Assembly (NCBI GenBank): GCA_902783385.1
Contig: CACZQP010000071.1
Coordinates: 2,311-66,310 of the forward strand
Reading direction: 5' to 3'
From: an uncultured Lachnospiraceae bacterium
GTDB lineage: Bacteria; Bacillota; Clostridia; Lachnospirales; Lachnospiraceae
Length of the DNA stretch: 64,000 bases
Shown here: positions 1 through 10,213 of the stretch, one piece after another
Layout: each line of letters opens with the position of its first letter
Numbering within the stretch: position 1 is the stretch's first letter
Notes under the pieces: model-generated
The model's database searches: none
What the model saw: the letters and a program-made list of their open reading frames with translations, nothing else
What the model was told of the DNA's origin: nothing
Program-made: the position numbers and the translations under genes

Positions 1-1931
1 GGGATGATGCGCTGCATGGTAAACACCGGAATGAAAAGAAGAATGAGCGAAAGGAGCATCGCCCCGGCAAACGAAAGGATCCTCACGACGCCTTTTCTAA
101 GCGCCGCCTCCTTGTCCCCCGCAAAGCCGCAGAACAGGCAGAGCACTGCCGCCACGGCGAACACGGCAAGGACGCCGGTGCGCGACATTGTCATGACAAG
201 GTACGACGCAGCGATGCCGAAGAATACGCATTCCTTCCATGCGAAGTTGATCCTGGCAAGTCCCTTGAGTCCCGCGCGCTCCGCCACGAGGAGCTTTGTG
301 AGCAGCATGGAGACTGCCGCACAGATCACGGCTGTCAGATAGACCGCCGTCACCGTCACGGTGTGGAAGTCCAGCGGGAAACGCGTAAATATGAATGCCA
401 TGTACAGCCGGTGGAGCAGGCAGTATGCCACCATATAAAAGAAGTGGAACATGATTCCCCGTCCGACGTCCCGGAGCCACCGGTCTTGCTCCTCCCAGTG
501 CGTGATCCGGAAAAAGATCAAAAGGTACAGCGCAGCCATGGTGACCGGCCACCATCTCGTATAGCGGAAGATAACAAGCGCCGCCGCAACCAGCGCCGTC
601 AGCGCGACATAGGACCGGCTCAGGCGAACCCTCTTCCCGGATGCCAGGTATTCCTGCAGGGTCGCAAGGATCACCCAGCCGGCAAACAGCACGATGAGAA
701 GGAGCGATAACAGGACGGTGTTCTTCTCCGCGTATTCCTTCACGTCCGGTCCCGCCGCATGCGCGCGGTAGTAGACGACCGCGCCGATGCCGGACACGAG
801 AACCCAGATGAGATTCGTAGGCACAAACAGCCGCTTTGCGGAAAATGTAAACAGGAGCATGATAAGAAGCGCCAGGATCATCTTCCGCTGCGACATCATA
901 TGAAAGATGTCGTACAGGCCGTTCATATATTCGCAGGCATAGGCGAAGGCGACCGTGATCGCCGCAGAGATCAGGATATGCCTGCCGTTCTTCTTCAGGA
1001 ACGTCGCCGCGGCCGAAACAAGCGTACTTTCCGCTTCTTTGCGTGCGCCGTCATGCGCGCCCTCTCCCGGCAGAACGATCTTCTTTTTCCAGAGACTGTA
1101 CAGGGCAAGCCCCGCCGCAAGGACCGTTCCGGCCGCATACAGAGCAATATCCGTAAGGCGCTGGTCAAAGAGCTTTTTAACTATGATCAGGTAGAGGAGC
1201 GATGCGCACGCCGCAAGGACCGCCGGCGTAAAGACGATGGCGAGCCCGCGCCGGAGCGTCACCTCCCCGTTCAGGAAACGGTTCTTTTTCCCGGCGAATA
1301 TCAGCGCCGCTGCCGCAAGGAGCGCTGCAAGGCCGATCGCGGCGATCCGCTTCATCGTCGGTCCCTTGCCGATCGGCATGCGGTAGACAAAATCACTCAT
1401 CAGGGCAAAGCCGTCCACCGTGCTGTCATAGTGGATAGTGCGCACGATGTGGGGATTCTGCGTCTCCTCCGTCATATCCCAGGGATCGACATAGTCCACG
1501 TAGAACCAGGCTGTATTGCCATAGATCATGAAGGTGTACTCCTGGCCCGGCACCAGGTCCACGTCCATCGGGACCGTGAGGTACCCCGGCACCATGCTCT
1601 GAAGGAGCGTTGCGTGCTCCGTCGCAAGGCACTTCGGCTGTGCGGGATCGGACTTCAGATCATAAAGCCTGCACTCGATCGCACCGGATTTGTCAAGTGC
1701 CGCGATGTGGAACGTGATCTCCTTTAAATGCGCGTATTCCGCCGTGAACGCAACGCCGGCGTCATGCTGATAATCAACACGCTCCGAGACGTCATAGGAT
1801 TCGTGTCCCGTGGAAAAGAGATGGTCCTCTTTGTACAGGCGCAGCGGATACAGCGTAAGTATCGCAAGAAGGGCCGCAAATAAGACGGCGGCCGCAAACA
1901 GGTTTTTTCTCCTGATCAGGCATTCAGACAT
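1..1931 (-). CDS. Large polytopic membrane protein, O-antigen ligase/Wzy_C-like (3' end runs off the window)
   Basis: Not in the ORF track because no stop lies in the window. Hand translation from ATG 1931 gives MSECLIRRKNLFAAAVLFAALL..., an extracellular domain, many TM segments, and LVMTMSRTGVLAV (the SRxG motif of Wzy_C/WaaL-like proteins). Confidence 0.6.
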   Translation of the reverse strand, partial: MSECLIRRKNLFAAAVLFAALLAILTLYPLRLYKEDHLFSTGHESYDVSERVDYQHDAGVAFTAEYAHLKEITFHIAALDKSGAIECRLYDLKSDPAQPKCLATEHATLLQSMVPGYLTVPMDVDLVPGQEYTFMIYGNTAWFYVDYVDPWDMTEETQNPHIVRTIHYDSTVDGFALMSDFVYRMPIGKGPTMKRIAAIGLAALLAAAALIFAGKKNRFLNGEVTLRRGLAIVFTPAVLAACASLLYLIIVKKLFDQRLTDIALYAAGTVLAAGLALYSLWKKKIVLPGEGAHDGARKEAESTLVSAAATFLKKNGRHILISAAITVAFAYACEYMNGLYDIFHMMSQRKMILALLIMLLFTFSAKRLFVPTNLIWVLVSGIGAVVYYRAHAAGPDVKEYAEKNTVLLSLLLIVLFAGWVILATLQEYLASGKRVRLSRSYVALTALVAAALVIFRYTRWWPVTMAALYLLIFFRITHWEEQDRWLRDVGRGIMFHFFYMVAYCLLHRLYMAFIFTRFPLDFHTVTVTAVYLTAVICAAVSMLLTKLLVAERAGLKGLARINFAWKECVFFGIAASYLVMTMSRTGVLAVFAVAAVLCLFCGFAGDKEAALRKGVVRILSFAGAMLLSLILLFIPVFTMQRII

Positions 1932-1955
1932 AAACTGCTTTCCTTTCGTCTCCCG

Positions 1956-2915
1956 TCACACAGACTGCCCGCGTCTGTCTTCGTCCTGCGCCGCGCACAC
2001 CTGCCGCACGACATACTGCGGGGCGCTGTTCACGGAGATGTAGGTGCGTCCGACGTACTCGCCGACCATTCCAAGCATGAGCATGATCATTCCGCCGAAG
2101 AACACCAGCGCGCTCATGATGGCGGAAAATCCCATCGGTACCGCCGGATTGACGAGCTTTTTGATGATCGTGTAAATCCCGTACAAAAAGCCGAGCACGG
2201 CAAACAAGCTTCCCAGCATGGTCGCCGCGCGCAGCGGCGTGATCGAGAATGCCGTAAAGCCGTTCATCCACAGTCCCAGGAGCTTTCGGAACGTATAGCC
2301 GCTCGCTCCCTCACGGCGCTCCCTGTGGTCGACTCTCACGTTGACGATGTTCTTCGTCGTGCGCAGGATGAGCCCCACCAGATAGGGGTAGGAATGCTCG
2401 TAGCGGATGACCTCGTCTGCGATAAAGCGCCGCATTGCGAAGTAACTCGTGATCGACAGGTCCCTTGGCTTTCCCAGCATGATGCGCGTCATGTAGTCAT
2501 TCATGGCTGTTCCGAAGCTCCGGAAAGCCGAGCGATGCGGCGTCTCATACGACGCATAGGCGACGTCGGCTCCGTCCTCCAGGGCTTTAAGCAGCCGCGG
2601 CGCTTCGGAGGCGGGGGTCTGTCCGTCGTCGTCCAGGCAGACGATCACATCGCCCGCAGCGCGCCGGATCCCGGCCATCAGTGCTGCATGCTGGCCGAAG
2701 TTTTTCGCGAAATCGATTCCCGTGCGCCGCGGATCCTCCGCGCACAGCGCTTCGATCACGTTCCATGTCCCGTCCGGCGAACCGTCGCAGACCATGATGA
2801 TCTCGTAGTCCTCTCCGGTCTGCGCCATGGTCTTATCGATCTCGCGCACGACCGGGGAAATCGTCTTCTCCGACCGATAGCACGGTATCACAAAGGAAAC
2901 TTTCTCTCTGCTCAT
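1956..2915 (-). CDS. GT2 glycosyltransferase, ArnC/GtrB (undecaprenyl-phosphate glycosyltransferase) type
   Basis: VSFVIPCY, KNFGQHAALMAG, LDDDGQ, and two C-terminal TM helices. Confidence 0.9.
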   Translation of the reverse strand: MSREKVSFVIPCYRSEKTISPVVREIDKTMAQTGEDYEIIMVCDGSPDGTWNVIEALCAEDPRRTGIDFAKNFGQHAALMAGIRRAAGDVIVCLDDDGQTPASEAPRLLKALEDGADVAYASYETPHRSAFRSFGTAMNDYMTRIMLGKPRDLSITSYFAMRRFIADEVIRYEHSYPYLVGLILRTTKNIVNVRVDHRERREGASGYTFRKLLGLWMNGFTAFSITPLRAATMLGSLFAVLGFLYGIYTIIKKLVNPAVPMGFSAIMSALVFFGGMIMLMLGMVGEYVGRTYISVNSAPQYVVRQVCAAQDEDRRGQSV

Positions 2916-3562
2916 TCTGCGTTCCGTTTCTCCGGGTCGTCCGACCCGGCCCTGTGTTCGTCGTCTTCCTGCGCGTTACTGTCCCCGTACGGCGGATGGA
3001 GCATTCCGGGCGTGACCTCCAGCAGGTACATGTCTTTTCTTGTGCCGTTGCTGCGCAGAACGCCGGGAAGTGTTTCCCGGATCTCAAAGCCGCAGCGAAG
3101 GAGCGCATTCACGGATGCCGTGTTGTCCGTAAAGATCCGGCTGACAAGCCGCCTTACGCCGCGGCAGCGGAAGGCATAATCGCAGGCGATGTACATCGCC
3201 TCTTTTCCGTATCCCCTGCCGACACTGCTGCTCTCGCCGAGGAAAAGCCCCATCTCGGCGGGGATTCCCTCCGGATCCGCAAGAAAGCTCACCATGTCGT
3301 TGAAAACGACGCAGCCCACCGGCCGGTCCGCCTCCGCTTTCTCGCAGATCATCAGGTGCAGGACCCTTCCGGTCTCCACCTTCTCGCGAAAGTACCGCTC
3401 CTCCTCTTCGAGCGTCAGCTTCTCCATATAGATATAGTTCTTTCGGACATGCTCCTCATTGCGGAAGCGGATCACGTCCGCGCAGTCCTCAAACCGCATG
3501 GGGCGGAGCCTAAGGCTTCTCCCCTCCGCGAGGTATTCCGTGTTTCCCGTCATTTCGCTCAT
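2912..3562 (-). CDS. GNAT N-acetyltransferase (PseH/RimL-like), probably an amino-sugar nucleotide acetylase
   Basis: LRLRPM start, GRGYG acetyl-CoA loop, NTASVN..LRCGF. Context of rffA and pse genes. Confidence 0.75.
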   Translation of the reverse strand: MSEMTGNTEYLAEGRSLRLRPMRFEDCADVIRFRNEEHVRKNYIYMEKLTLEEEERYFREKVETGRVLHLMICEKAEADRPVGCVVFNDMVSFLADPEGIPAEMGLFLGESSSVGRGYGKEAMYIACDYAFRCRGVRRLVSRIFTDNTASVNALLRCGFEIRETLPGVLRSNGTRKDMYLLEVTPGMLHPPYGDSNAQEDDEHRAGSDDPEKRNAE

Positions 3563-5409
3563 TTTCTCTTTACATTGTATACGATCCAGTCATCGCCGAT
3601 GGTTTGCGTCTGTTCCAGCTCCACCGCATACCCGCGCGCCGCATAGTAGCTCACGAGCCAGTCAGCGCTCCGCGACGGCGCGCTGACAAAGCGGACACGG
3701 TCATTCTCCGCAAGCGCCGTCTGCATATCGGAAAGCCCGAGCGCGGCAAGGCGCTTTTCGTAGAGCGGGCTCTTCGCGGCCCAGCCTCCCATCAGGTCCT
3801 GGTTGGAGAAGCTTCCGCTCATGCCTCGTCTGTCGAACATTTTCTGCGAGTAGCGCACCGTGGAATACACATCGGTGAAGAATACCTGCTCCGGGTGCTC
3901 ATCACAATATGAGAGGTAGGCCTCCTGCGCGGTGTTGACGCGCTCCCTCCGCTCGCCCTCTGCATCGCACCGCCGAAGCTGTCCGGGGATCACTGCGGCT
4001 GCAGCTGCGAACCAAAGCGCAAAGAAGAGAAGATTTTTCAGCGCAGGTGCGGCAGGCGAAGCTTCCTCCCGCTCACCCCCATCCTTCCGCACACCTGCCT
4101 GCAGCAGGTAAAGGAGGGAGGCAAGGAGCACAAATTCGAGGAGAAACAGGCTGTGAATGATACGCTCCGGGTCCCTTCCCCTGTAAAGGATAAAACCCCA
4201 GAGGCCCGACCGCACAAAGAACAGGAAGAGCGCCGCGAAGAGTCCGCGGATCGTCGTCTGCCGTTCCTGCGCTTTCACGATCTGTGCAAATACGAGCAGA
4301 TAGCCGATCAGTACAAGGAGCGAATACGGCGCGTCCGTGAGATGCCGGATGCGGTAAATATACCCTGTCGCCGCCTCCCGGAGCCGTTCCGCGGGAGAAG
4401 ACTTTGCCGCGTGCACGGCACGCGCTTCATCCACCAGCGCCCAGAGCTTTGTCTCGTCGATCGTCTCGTCCAGGCTGAAATTATAATTCTTGAGAAGCAT
4501 TGCACCGGCTTCGTCGACGCCCGCTCTCTCATAGAAGCCGGGATCGTCTTCATAATCCGGCATATCATAAAAGTAAAAATCGTACAGCTCCGTCCGCGCG
4601 TCAAAAAACGAGCGGAAAGCGCGCCACTCTGAATCGCGTGTCGCGAGATGATCCGCGCCGAGCCCGAACGCGATCCCCGCGCCCACAAACACAAATGCCG
4701 CCGCGGCGATACCGGCAGAGCGGAGCGTGAAGATCCTTGCGAACGCCGCCGTTTCACCCTGATCATCCCCTGTCTCTTCCCGCCTGATAAACAGAAGACG
4801 GAAAAGGAGCCCTGTCATCACAAGGGGAAGGAGAAGCAGCGTCATCTCCGACCGGATAAAGAACGCGATCCAAAGAAGCAGCCCCGGAAACCGTACGCGC
4901 ACCGCGATATCGGAAAACCGAAAGCCTTCCTCCCCGGCGTCCAGATCCATGGTTGCGAAATCAAACGCCGCCGCTGCGCAGAGCATCGCACAGGTAATCG
5001 TATACTGCACATACATCAGGTGCGGCAGAAGAAGCGCCGCCCCGCACAGGAGAGTGCCTGCGCAGGCAAGGATCCTTCCCGTCCGGGTCTTCGCGATGCA
5101 CAGCGCCCTGCCCAGGATGAGCGCCATGCTCCCGAACTGGCAGGTCAGGAGGAAAAAGCCGTACCAGTCAAAGGACCGGAAGATCCGGTACAGGAGACTC
5201 ACAAACGCGCTCACGGGAAACAGCATCTGGATGTTGCGGCTCTCCGGCACGCCGGTATAAACGCCGGCCAGGATATCCTTCATCAACACGTCATCATTCA
5301 GGTCAAAGTAATAGTCGAACCGCAGCGCCAGCACGAACGCCAGAAGCAGCAAAAGGAGTCCCGCCGCCGCGTAGTGTTTCATTCTGTTATCTGTCTTATG
5401 CCCGTTCAA
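3559..5409 (-). CDS. Integral membrane protein, GT-C-fold-like
   Basis: Many TM segments, with acidic YFDLNDD right after TM1. Lies in the glycan locus. Confidence 0.6.
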   Translation of the reverse strand: MNGHKTDNRMKHYAAAGLLLLLLAFVLALRFDYYFDLNDDVLMKDILAGVYTGVPESRNIQMLFPVSAFVSLLYRIFRSFDWYGFFLLTCQFGSMALILGRALCIAKTRTGRILACAGTLLCGAALLLPHLMYVQYTITCAMLCAAAAFDFATMDLDAGEEGFRFSDIAVRVRFPGLLLWIAFFIRSEMTLLLLPLVMTGLLFRLLFIRREETGDDQGETAAFARIFTLRSAGIAAAAFVFVGAGIAFGLGADHLATRDSEWRAFRSFFDARTELYDFYFYDMPDYEDDPGFYERAGVDEAGAMLLKNYNFSLDETIDETKLWALVDEARAVHAAKSSPAERLREAATGYIYRIRHLTDAPYSLLVLIGYLLVFAQIVKAQERQTTIRGLFAALFLFFVRSGLWGFILYRGRDPERIIHSLFLLEFVLLASLLYLLQAGVRKDGGEREEASPAAPALKNLLFFALWFAAAAAVIPGQLRRCDAEGERRERVNTAQEAYLSYCDEHPEQVFFTDVYSTVRYSQKMFDRRGMSGSFSNQDLMGGWAAKSPLYEKRLAALGLSDMQTALAENDRVRFVSAPSRSADWLVSYYAARGYAVELEQTQTIGDDWIVYNVKRK

Positions 5410-5430
5410 TCGCCCGTCTCCTTAAACCAG

Positions 5431-6591
5431 TCATTTTGCACCGTAAAACGCGTGGATCTCCGAGATCACCTCATCCGCCTCCGCATCCGTCAGCGAATAG
5501 TACAGCGGAAGCCGCAGGAGCCTCTCGCTCTCCGCCGTCGTGAAGCGGTCCTCGCCGTGAAAGCGCCCGTATTTCAGGCCGGCCGGCGAGGAATGCAGCG
5601 GGATGTAATGAAACACCGCGAGAATTCCCCGCTCCTTCAGATGTCCGATGAGCGCCGTCCGCTCCGTCAGGTCCTTCGTCTTCAGATAGAAGATGTGTCC
5701 GTTGTGAACGCAGCCCTCCGGCACAAACGGCAGCTCGATCCTGCCGGCATCCCGGAGATCTCTTAGCCCCTCATAATACCGGTGCCAGATCGCGCGCCGC
5801 CTGTCGTTGATCTCGTCCGCAATCTCCAGCTGCGGAAGCAGGTAAGCCGCGTTCAGCTCGCTCGGCAGGTAGGAAGAGCCGAACGCCTCCCAGGTGTACT
5901 TGTCGATCTGGCCGCGGAAAAATTTACTCCGGTTCGTTCCCTTCTCGCGCAGGATCTCTGCCTTTTCGACATATTCCCCGTCGCGTATCAGGAGCGCACC
6001 GCCCTCGCCCATGCTGTAGTTCTTCGTCTCGTGAAAGCTCAGCGCGCCGAAGTCCCCGATGGTTCCCAGCATCTTTCCCTTATAGCTCGCCATCATGCCC
6101 TGCGCCGCATCCTCCAGCACGAACAGGCCGCGGCGCTTTGCGATATCCATGATCGTGTCCATCTCGCAGCCGACGCCCGCGTAGTGGACGACAAAAATCG
6201 CCTTTGTCCTGTCCGTGACCGCGTCCTCGATGAGCTTCTCGTCGATGTTCATCGTATCCGGACGGACGTCGACGAACACCGGCACGCCGCCGCGCAGAAC
6301 GACTGCGTCCGCCGTCGACACAAAGGTGAAGGACGGAAGGATCACCTCGTCTCCCGGCCGGAGTTCGCACAGGTGCGTCGCCATCTCCAGCGCGTGTGTG
6401 CAGGAGGTGGTCAAAAAGACGGAAGGTGCGTGCGTCAGTTCCTTCAGCTTTTCCGAGCACTGCTTCGTGAACGGACCGTCGCCGCAGATCTTGTGATTGA
6501 CCTCACAGGCGATCCGCATATTCTCGACCTCCCTGCCCGTAAAGGGCGGGACATTGTAAGGAATCCTATATTCGGAAATCCGGTCTGCCAT
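5431..6591 (-). CDS. rffA: dTDP-4-amino-4,6-dideoxygalactose transaminase
   Basis: GDGPFTKQC, TTSCTHALEM, SFHETKN (PLP lysine), REKGTNRS..FRGQIDKYTW, AVFHYIPLHSSPAG. Confidence 0.92.
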   Translation of the reverse strand: MADRISEYRIPYNVPPFTGREVENMRIACEVNHKICGDGPFTKQCSEKLKELTHAPSVFLTTSCTHALEMATHLCELRPGDEVILPSFTFVSTADAVVLRGGVPVFVDVRPDTMNIDEKLIEDAVTDRTKAIFVVHYAGVGCEMDTIMDIAKRRGLFVLEDAAQGMMASYKGKMLGTIGDFGALSFHETKNYSMGEGGALLIRDGEYVEKAEILREKGTNRSKFFRGQIDKYTWEAFGSSYLPSELNAAYLLPQLEIADEINDRRRAIWHRYYEGLRDLRDAGRIELPFVPEGCVHNGHIFYLKTKDLTERTALIGHLKERGILAVFHYIPLHSSPAGLKYGRFHGEDRFTTAESERLLRLPLYYSLTDAEADEVISEIHAFYGAK

Positions 6592-6624
6592 TCTTCCTCC
6601 GTTCCGGGTGCCTGTGCGCTTTAC

Positions 6625-8439
6625 TCACCGGCCGCCCATGATCACAAAATCATCGTTTTCAAACAGTATCTCATAATCCGCTTCCTGCCGGAATGCACGC
6701 AGAAGCTCGTATTTTTCGCCCGCAGCGCCCGCGAGGTCCTCCGCATCCGACGTAAACAAAAGAAGCGGCTTTCTCCCATCCGCAGCGATCTCCCCGAGCT
6801 CCTTTTCCATCTCCGCGACAGGGTAGCTGTTGAGGTCCGGCCAGAGCGTCGTCAGCGCCGGCGGGAGATCAAAACAGAAGTGTACGCCAGGGATGCTGCC
6901 CATCGTAATCAGGCCGTCCGCCGCCGCATCCGCGGGGACAGAGTACTCAAGTGCCTCCGAAAGGTCCCGGAGCCGCTCCGCATTCTGCGGCGTCGTATGC
7001 ATTCCGGCGAGCACAGGTGTTGTCTCCTCCCCGATCACGGCGCTTCGCCGCGTGCCGTCCGTCCCGTCACGGAACGCATAGCTCAGATGGAAGAGCCCGC
7101 CCTGCAGGAGCGCCATGAAAAGGATCGCAAATGCCATTGCCGAGACGGCAAACAGCCGGCCGCTCACGATGCGCGCGCCCTCTTTTCCCGCGCGGCCCCT
7201 TCGCATGCCGGCAACCTGCAGGAGCGATTTTCGGAGCATCCACAGGCTGATCGGCGCGATCAGGAACAGGTTGTTTAAAAGCGGGAAGGTGTAATTATTG
7301 GAACCGAGCGGGAGGATGAGGATCAGGATCAGGCCCATCATCGCGATAAATCGTTCCTCCGGCGTCGCCCGCAGCGCACCGGTCACGCTCAGGAGAAGAA
7401 CAATGACCGAAAGGAGTACGAACTGCATCCCCCACTCGAACATGCACCAGTAATCCCGGTAGTTGACCGTAAACATCCCCTGCCCGTAGAAGAACCGGAT
7501 GAGCACGAGGATCCCCGCGATATACCCCGCGCGGAGCAAGCCGGAAAAGCGCCGCAGCGCCGGGAGCGAAAAGGCGATATATCCCGCCGTGAGGCCGGCC
7601 GCCATAAAAACAAACCATCGCAGGCTGTGCAGGTACGCGCTGAGCGTCGAGGAAAGCATGGCCCCCATCGTATAGTCGCCGGCGCCGGCCGTCATCGAAA
7701 ACAGGCCTCGCACCATGTCGGCGAACGCGGTCGGCCCATATGCGGCAGTGACCGCCGCCATCCCGATTCCGGCGCCGATGAGGTACCCTCCCATGCAGGA
7801 GAGCGTCCGCGGGATAAGCTTCGTGCTCTTCTGGAGCGTGATGAACGTATGGAACCAGACCGCCAGGATCAGCGCCGTCTGCGTCAGATTGGAGAAGCGG
7901 ACAAACAAGTTCAGCCCCAGCAGGATCCCTGCGAAGACAAAGTACCTGTTCTTTTCCGGCACGGACGAAATTCCGAGGAACAGCATCAGGCACGCCGCCG
8001 TCAGGAGAAAATACGTGAGATAGTTATACAGGATGACACCCGGACACCAGCACAGGCTGACGGCGAGCATCTCCCCGACAAACAGCATCCAGCCCGGCAT
8101 GAACCTCTGCATCACGAAGTACACCATGAGCGCAAGTGCGCTGACAAGGAGCGACGTCCACAGATTCATCCCGCGGAGCGTTCCGCCGCCCGGAAGCTTT
8201 AGAAGAAACGCACCGAGACGGTTTGCAAGGAAGGTTGCTACATCCCAGGTGCTGCCGCTCCCCGCAAGAAACCGGTAATTACCGAGCGCATAGGTGGAAT
8301 CCGCAAGGTCGACTCCCTGCGCGATGCCCGTGAGCGGCCACAGCAAGAGGATCAGCGGAAACAGGAAGCGCTCCGACGGTGCCTGGTATTTCTTTATGCG
8401 GTTGTAGAGCTTTCCGAGCATTTCCATACTTTCCCGCAC
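6625..8439 (-). CDS. Integral membrane protein, GT-C/ArnT-like
   Basis: More than 10 TM segments, QGVDLADSTY acidic loop after TM1, and a C-terminal soluble domain. Confidence 0.6.
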   Translation of the reverse strand: MRESMEMLGKLYNRIKKYQAPSERFLFPLILLLWPLTGIAQGVDLADSTYALGNYRFLAGSGSTWDVATFLANRLGAFLLKLPGGGTLRGMNLWTSLLVSALALMVYFVMQRFMPGWMLFVGEMLAVSLCWCPGVILYNYLTYFLLTAACLMLFLGISSVPEKNRYFVFAGILLGLNLFVRFSNLTQTALILAVWFHTFITLQKSTKLIPRTLSCMGGYLIGAGIGMAAVTAAYGPTAFADMVRGLFSMTAGAGDYTMGAMLSSTLSAYLHSLRWFVFMAAGLTAGYIAFSLPALRRFSGLLRAGYIAGILVLIRFFYGQGMFTVNYRDYWCMFEWGMQFVLLSVIVLLLSVTGALRATPEERFIAMMGLILILILPLGSNNYTFPLLNNLFLIAPISLWMLRKSLLQVAGMRRGRAGKEGARIVSGRLFAVSAMAFAILFMALLQGGLFHLSYAFRDGTDGTRRSAVIGEETTPVLAGMHTTPQNAERLRDLSEALEYSVPADAAADGLITMGSIPGVHFCFDLPPALTTLWPDLNSYPVAEMEKELGEIAADGRKPLLLFTSDAEDLAGAAGEKYELLRAFRQEADYEILFENDDFVIMGGR

Positions 8440-8440
8440 C

Positions 8441-10192
8441 TCAGCGCTCGCGCGTGATCTTTCCGTCCTGTACCCGGTAGACCATATCGCATTTCTCGAT
8501 CGTCTGCAGTCTGTGCGCGATGATGATCAGCGTCTTTTTTCCATGCAGACGGTTGATGGAATCCATGATCGCTTCCTCCGTCTCATTGTCCAGCGCGCTC
8601 GTCGCCTCATCCAGTACCAGCACCTCCGGGTCCTCGTAGAGGGCACGCGCGATGCCGATGCGCTGCCTCTGTCCGCCGGAGAGCCTGATCCCGCGCTCCC
8701 CGATCGCCGTGTCGAGCCCCTCCGGAAGCGAACGAACGTGATCCGCAAGCTGTGCCTCCTCCAGGGCCTTCCAGACCTTTTCCTCATCGATCTCGTCGTC
8801 CCGCACGCCGAATGCCACATTCTTCCGGATCGTCGAATCCAGCATGAAAATCGTCTGCGGGATATAGCCGATATTCTTAAGCCAGCCCCGGTAATTGGTC
8901 CTCACGTCGCAATCGTCCGCCAGGACCGTGCCACTCTCTGCATGAAGAAGCCCCAGCATGATGTCCACGATCGTGGTCTTCCCCGCACCCGATGTCCCGA
9001 CGATGCCGATGGATCTGCCGACCGGTACCGTAAGGGACGCGTCGCGGAAAATATATGTCTCTGTACCGGGATAGCGGAACGAGATGTTCTCCATCCGGAT
9101 ACTGCGCCTGACGGGAAGCTTTGCCGCGTCCGCGGCTTCCCTTTCCTTTACTTCATAGGAGACGTTCTCGTCGTGGATGTCCGCCTGGAGGTTTTCGCTG
9201 ACATTGTCCAGGAAGGGCTGGAAATAAGCAACATTGGTCAGATAATTGTTGATGCGGTTCGCAGACGGAAGCAGCCGCATCGCCGCCGCCACAAATGCGG
9301 ACATAACGCCGAGGATCTGCGAGACCTCCGCGCCCGTGAGCACCATGAAAAGAAGATACCCTATGAGGCCGGTGATGCAGACCGTCTCGATCAAAAGCCG
9401 CGGCGTCGCGTTATAGAGGTTGTACTTCTGCACCGCGTTCACATAGCCGTTTCCGCATCGCGCATACTCCTCGATGAAGTAATCCTCCTTTGCGGCGATC
9501 TTGATCTCCTTGATCGCCATGACGGATTCCTGGATCCATTTGTAAAGACCGCTGTAGTAATCCTGGTTGTCCTTGCCCGCACGGATCATGACCGGCTTGA
9601 TGATCGTCTTCACGATCAGGAGCACCGCCACCAGAAGGCTGCCGATCGTAAGTGAGAGCCGCGCGTCAAAGTACAGGAGCGTCGCAACGAGGCACACGAA
9701 AACGATCATCTCGGACAAAAGCTGCAGGAGCGTCAAAAGAAGCGCGAAGACATTGTTGATGTCGGAGGTGATGTTCCGCTGGATAATGGAGGTATCCGCG
9801 CCGAGGTAGTATTCATAGGGCCGCCGCATGAAGCCGATCATCATCCGTCTGCTCGTCTCAAACTGGTTCGTATAGATGAACTTCAGCTGGACGCGCGTCT
9901 GGAGGTAGAGGTACAGGTTCTTGAGGATGAAGACCGCGATGATCGCCACCATCATGACGATGGCGAACTGCGTCGTACTGTGCATATGCAGCAGCCGGTA
10001 CAGGTCTCCCATATGGTAGGTGTTCTTTTCGATCGCGCCGGGGTCAAAGACGACCGTCACGACCGGCACAAGGAGGGCCACACCCAGCGTCTCGAGGACG
10101 CCGCCGATCAGCATCATCACGACGATCAGAAGCGTCTTTGCCCGCTGTGCGGGATCCAGGATCCTGTATAATTTGCGAACCGTTTTTATCAT
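8441..10192 (-). CDS. ABC exporter, fused permease/ATPase, PglK-like lipid-linked glycan flippase
   Basis: Six-TM N-terminus, GTSGAGKTT, LSGGQRQRIGIARAL, LDEATSALD, RLLPSANRI. Glycan-locus context. Confidence 0.85.
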   Translation of the reverse strand: MIKTVRKLYRILDPAQRAKTLLIVVMMLIGGVLETLGVALLVPVVTVVFDPGAIEKNTYHMGDLYRLLHMHSTTQFAIVMMVAIIAVFILKNLYLYLQTRVQLKFIYTNQFETSRRMMIGFMRRPYEYYLGADTSIIQRNITSDINNVFALLLTLLQLLSEMIVFVCLVATLLYFDARLSLTIGSLLVAVLLIVKTIIKPVMIRAGKDNQDYYSGLYKWIQESVMAIKEIKIAAKEDYFIEEYARCGNGYVNAVQKYNLYNATPRLLIETVCITGLIGYLLFMVLTGAEVSQILGVMSAFVAAAMRLLPSANRINNYLTNVAYFQPFLDNVSENLQADIHDENVSYEVKEREAADAAKLPVRRSIRMENISFRYPGTETYIFRDASLTVPVGRSIGIVGTSGAGKTTIVDIMLGLLHAESGTVLADDCDVRTNYRGWLKNIGYIPQTIFMLDSTIRKNVAFGVRDDEIDEEKVWKALEEAQLADHVRSLPEGLDTAIGERGIRLSGGQRQRIGIARALYEDPEVLVLDEATSALDNETEEAIMDSINRLHGKKTLIIIAHRLQTIEKCDMVYRVQDGKITRER

Positions 10193-10213
10193 CTGGTATC
10201 TTTCCCCGTCATC

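Noticed and set aside
5782-7278. Long opposite-strand ORFs (also 759-1727, 4648-5766, 8513-9655, 45353-46519, 49206-50654, 58980-60302)
   Set aside because: They are antisense shadows of real genes caused by high GC3 codon bias, and are Arg/His-rich with no motifs.
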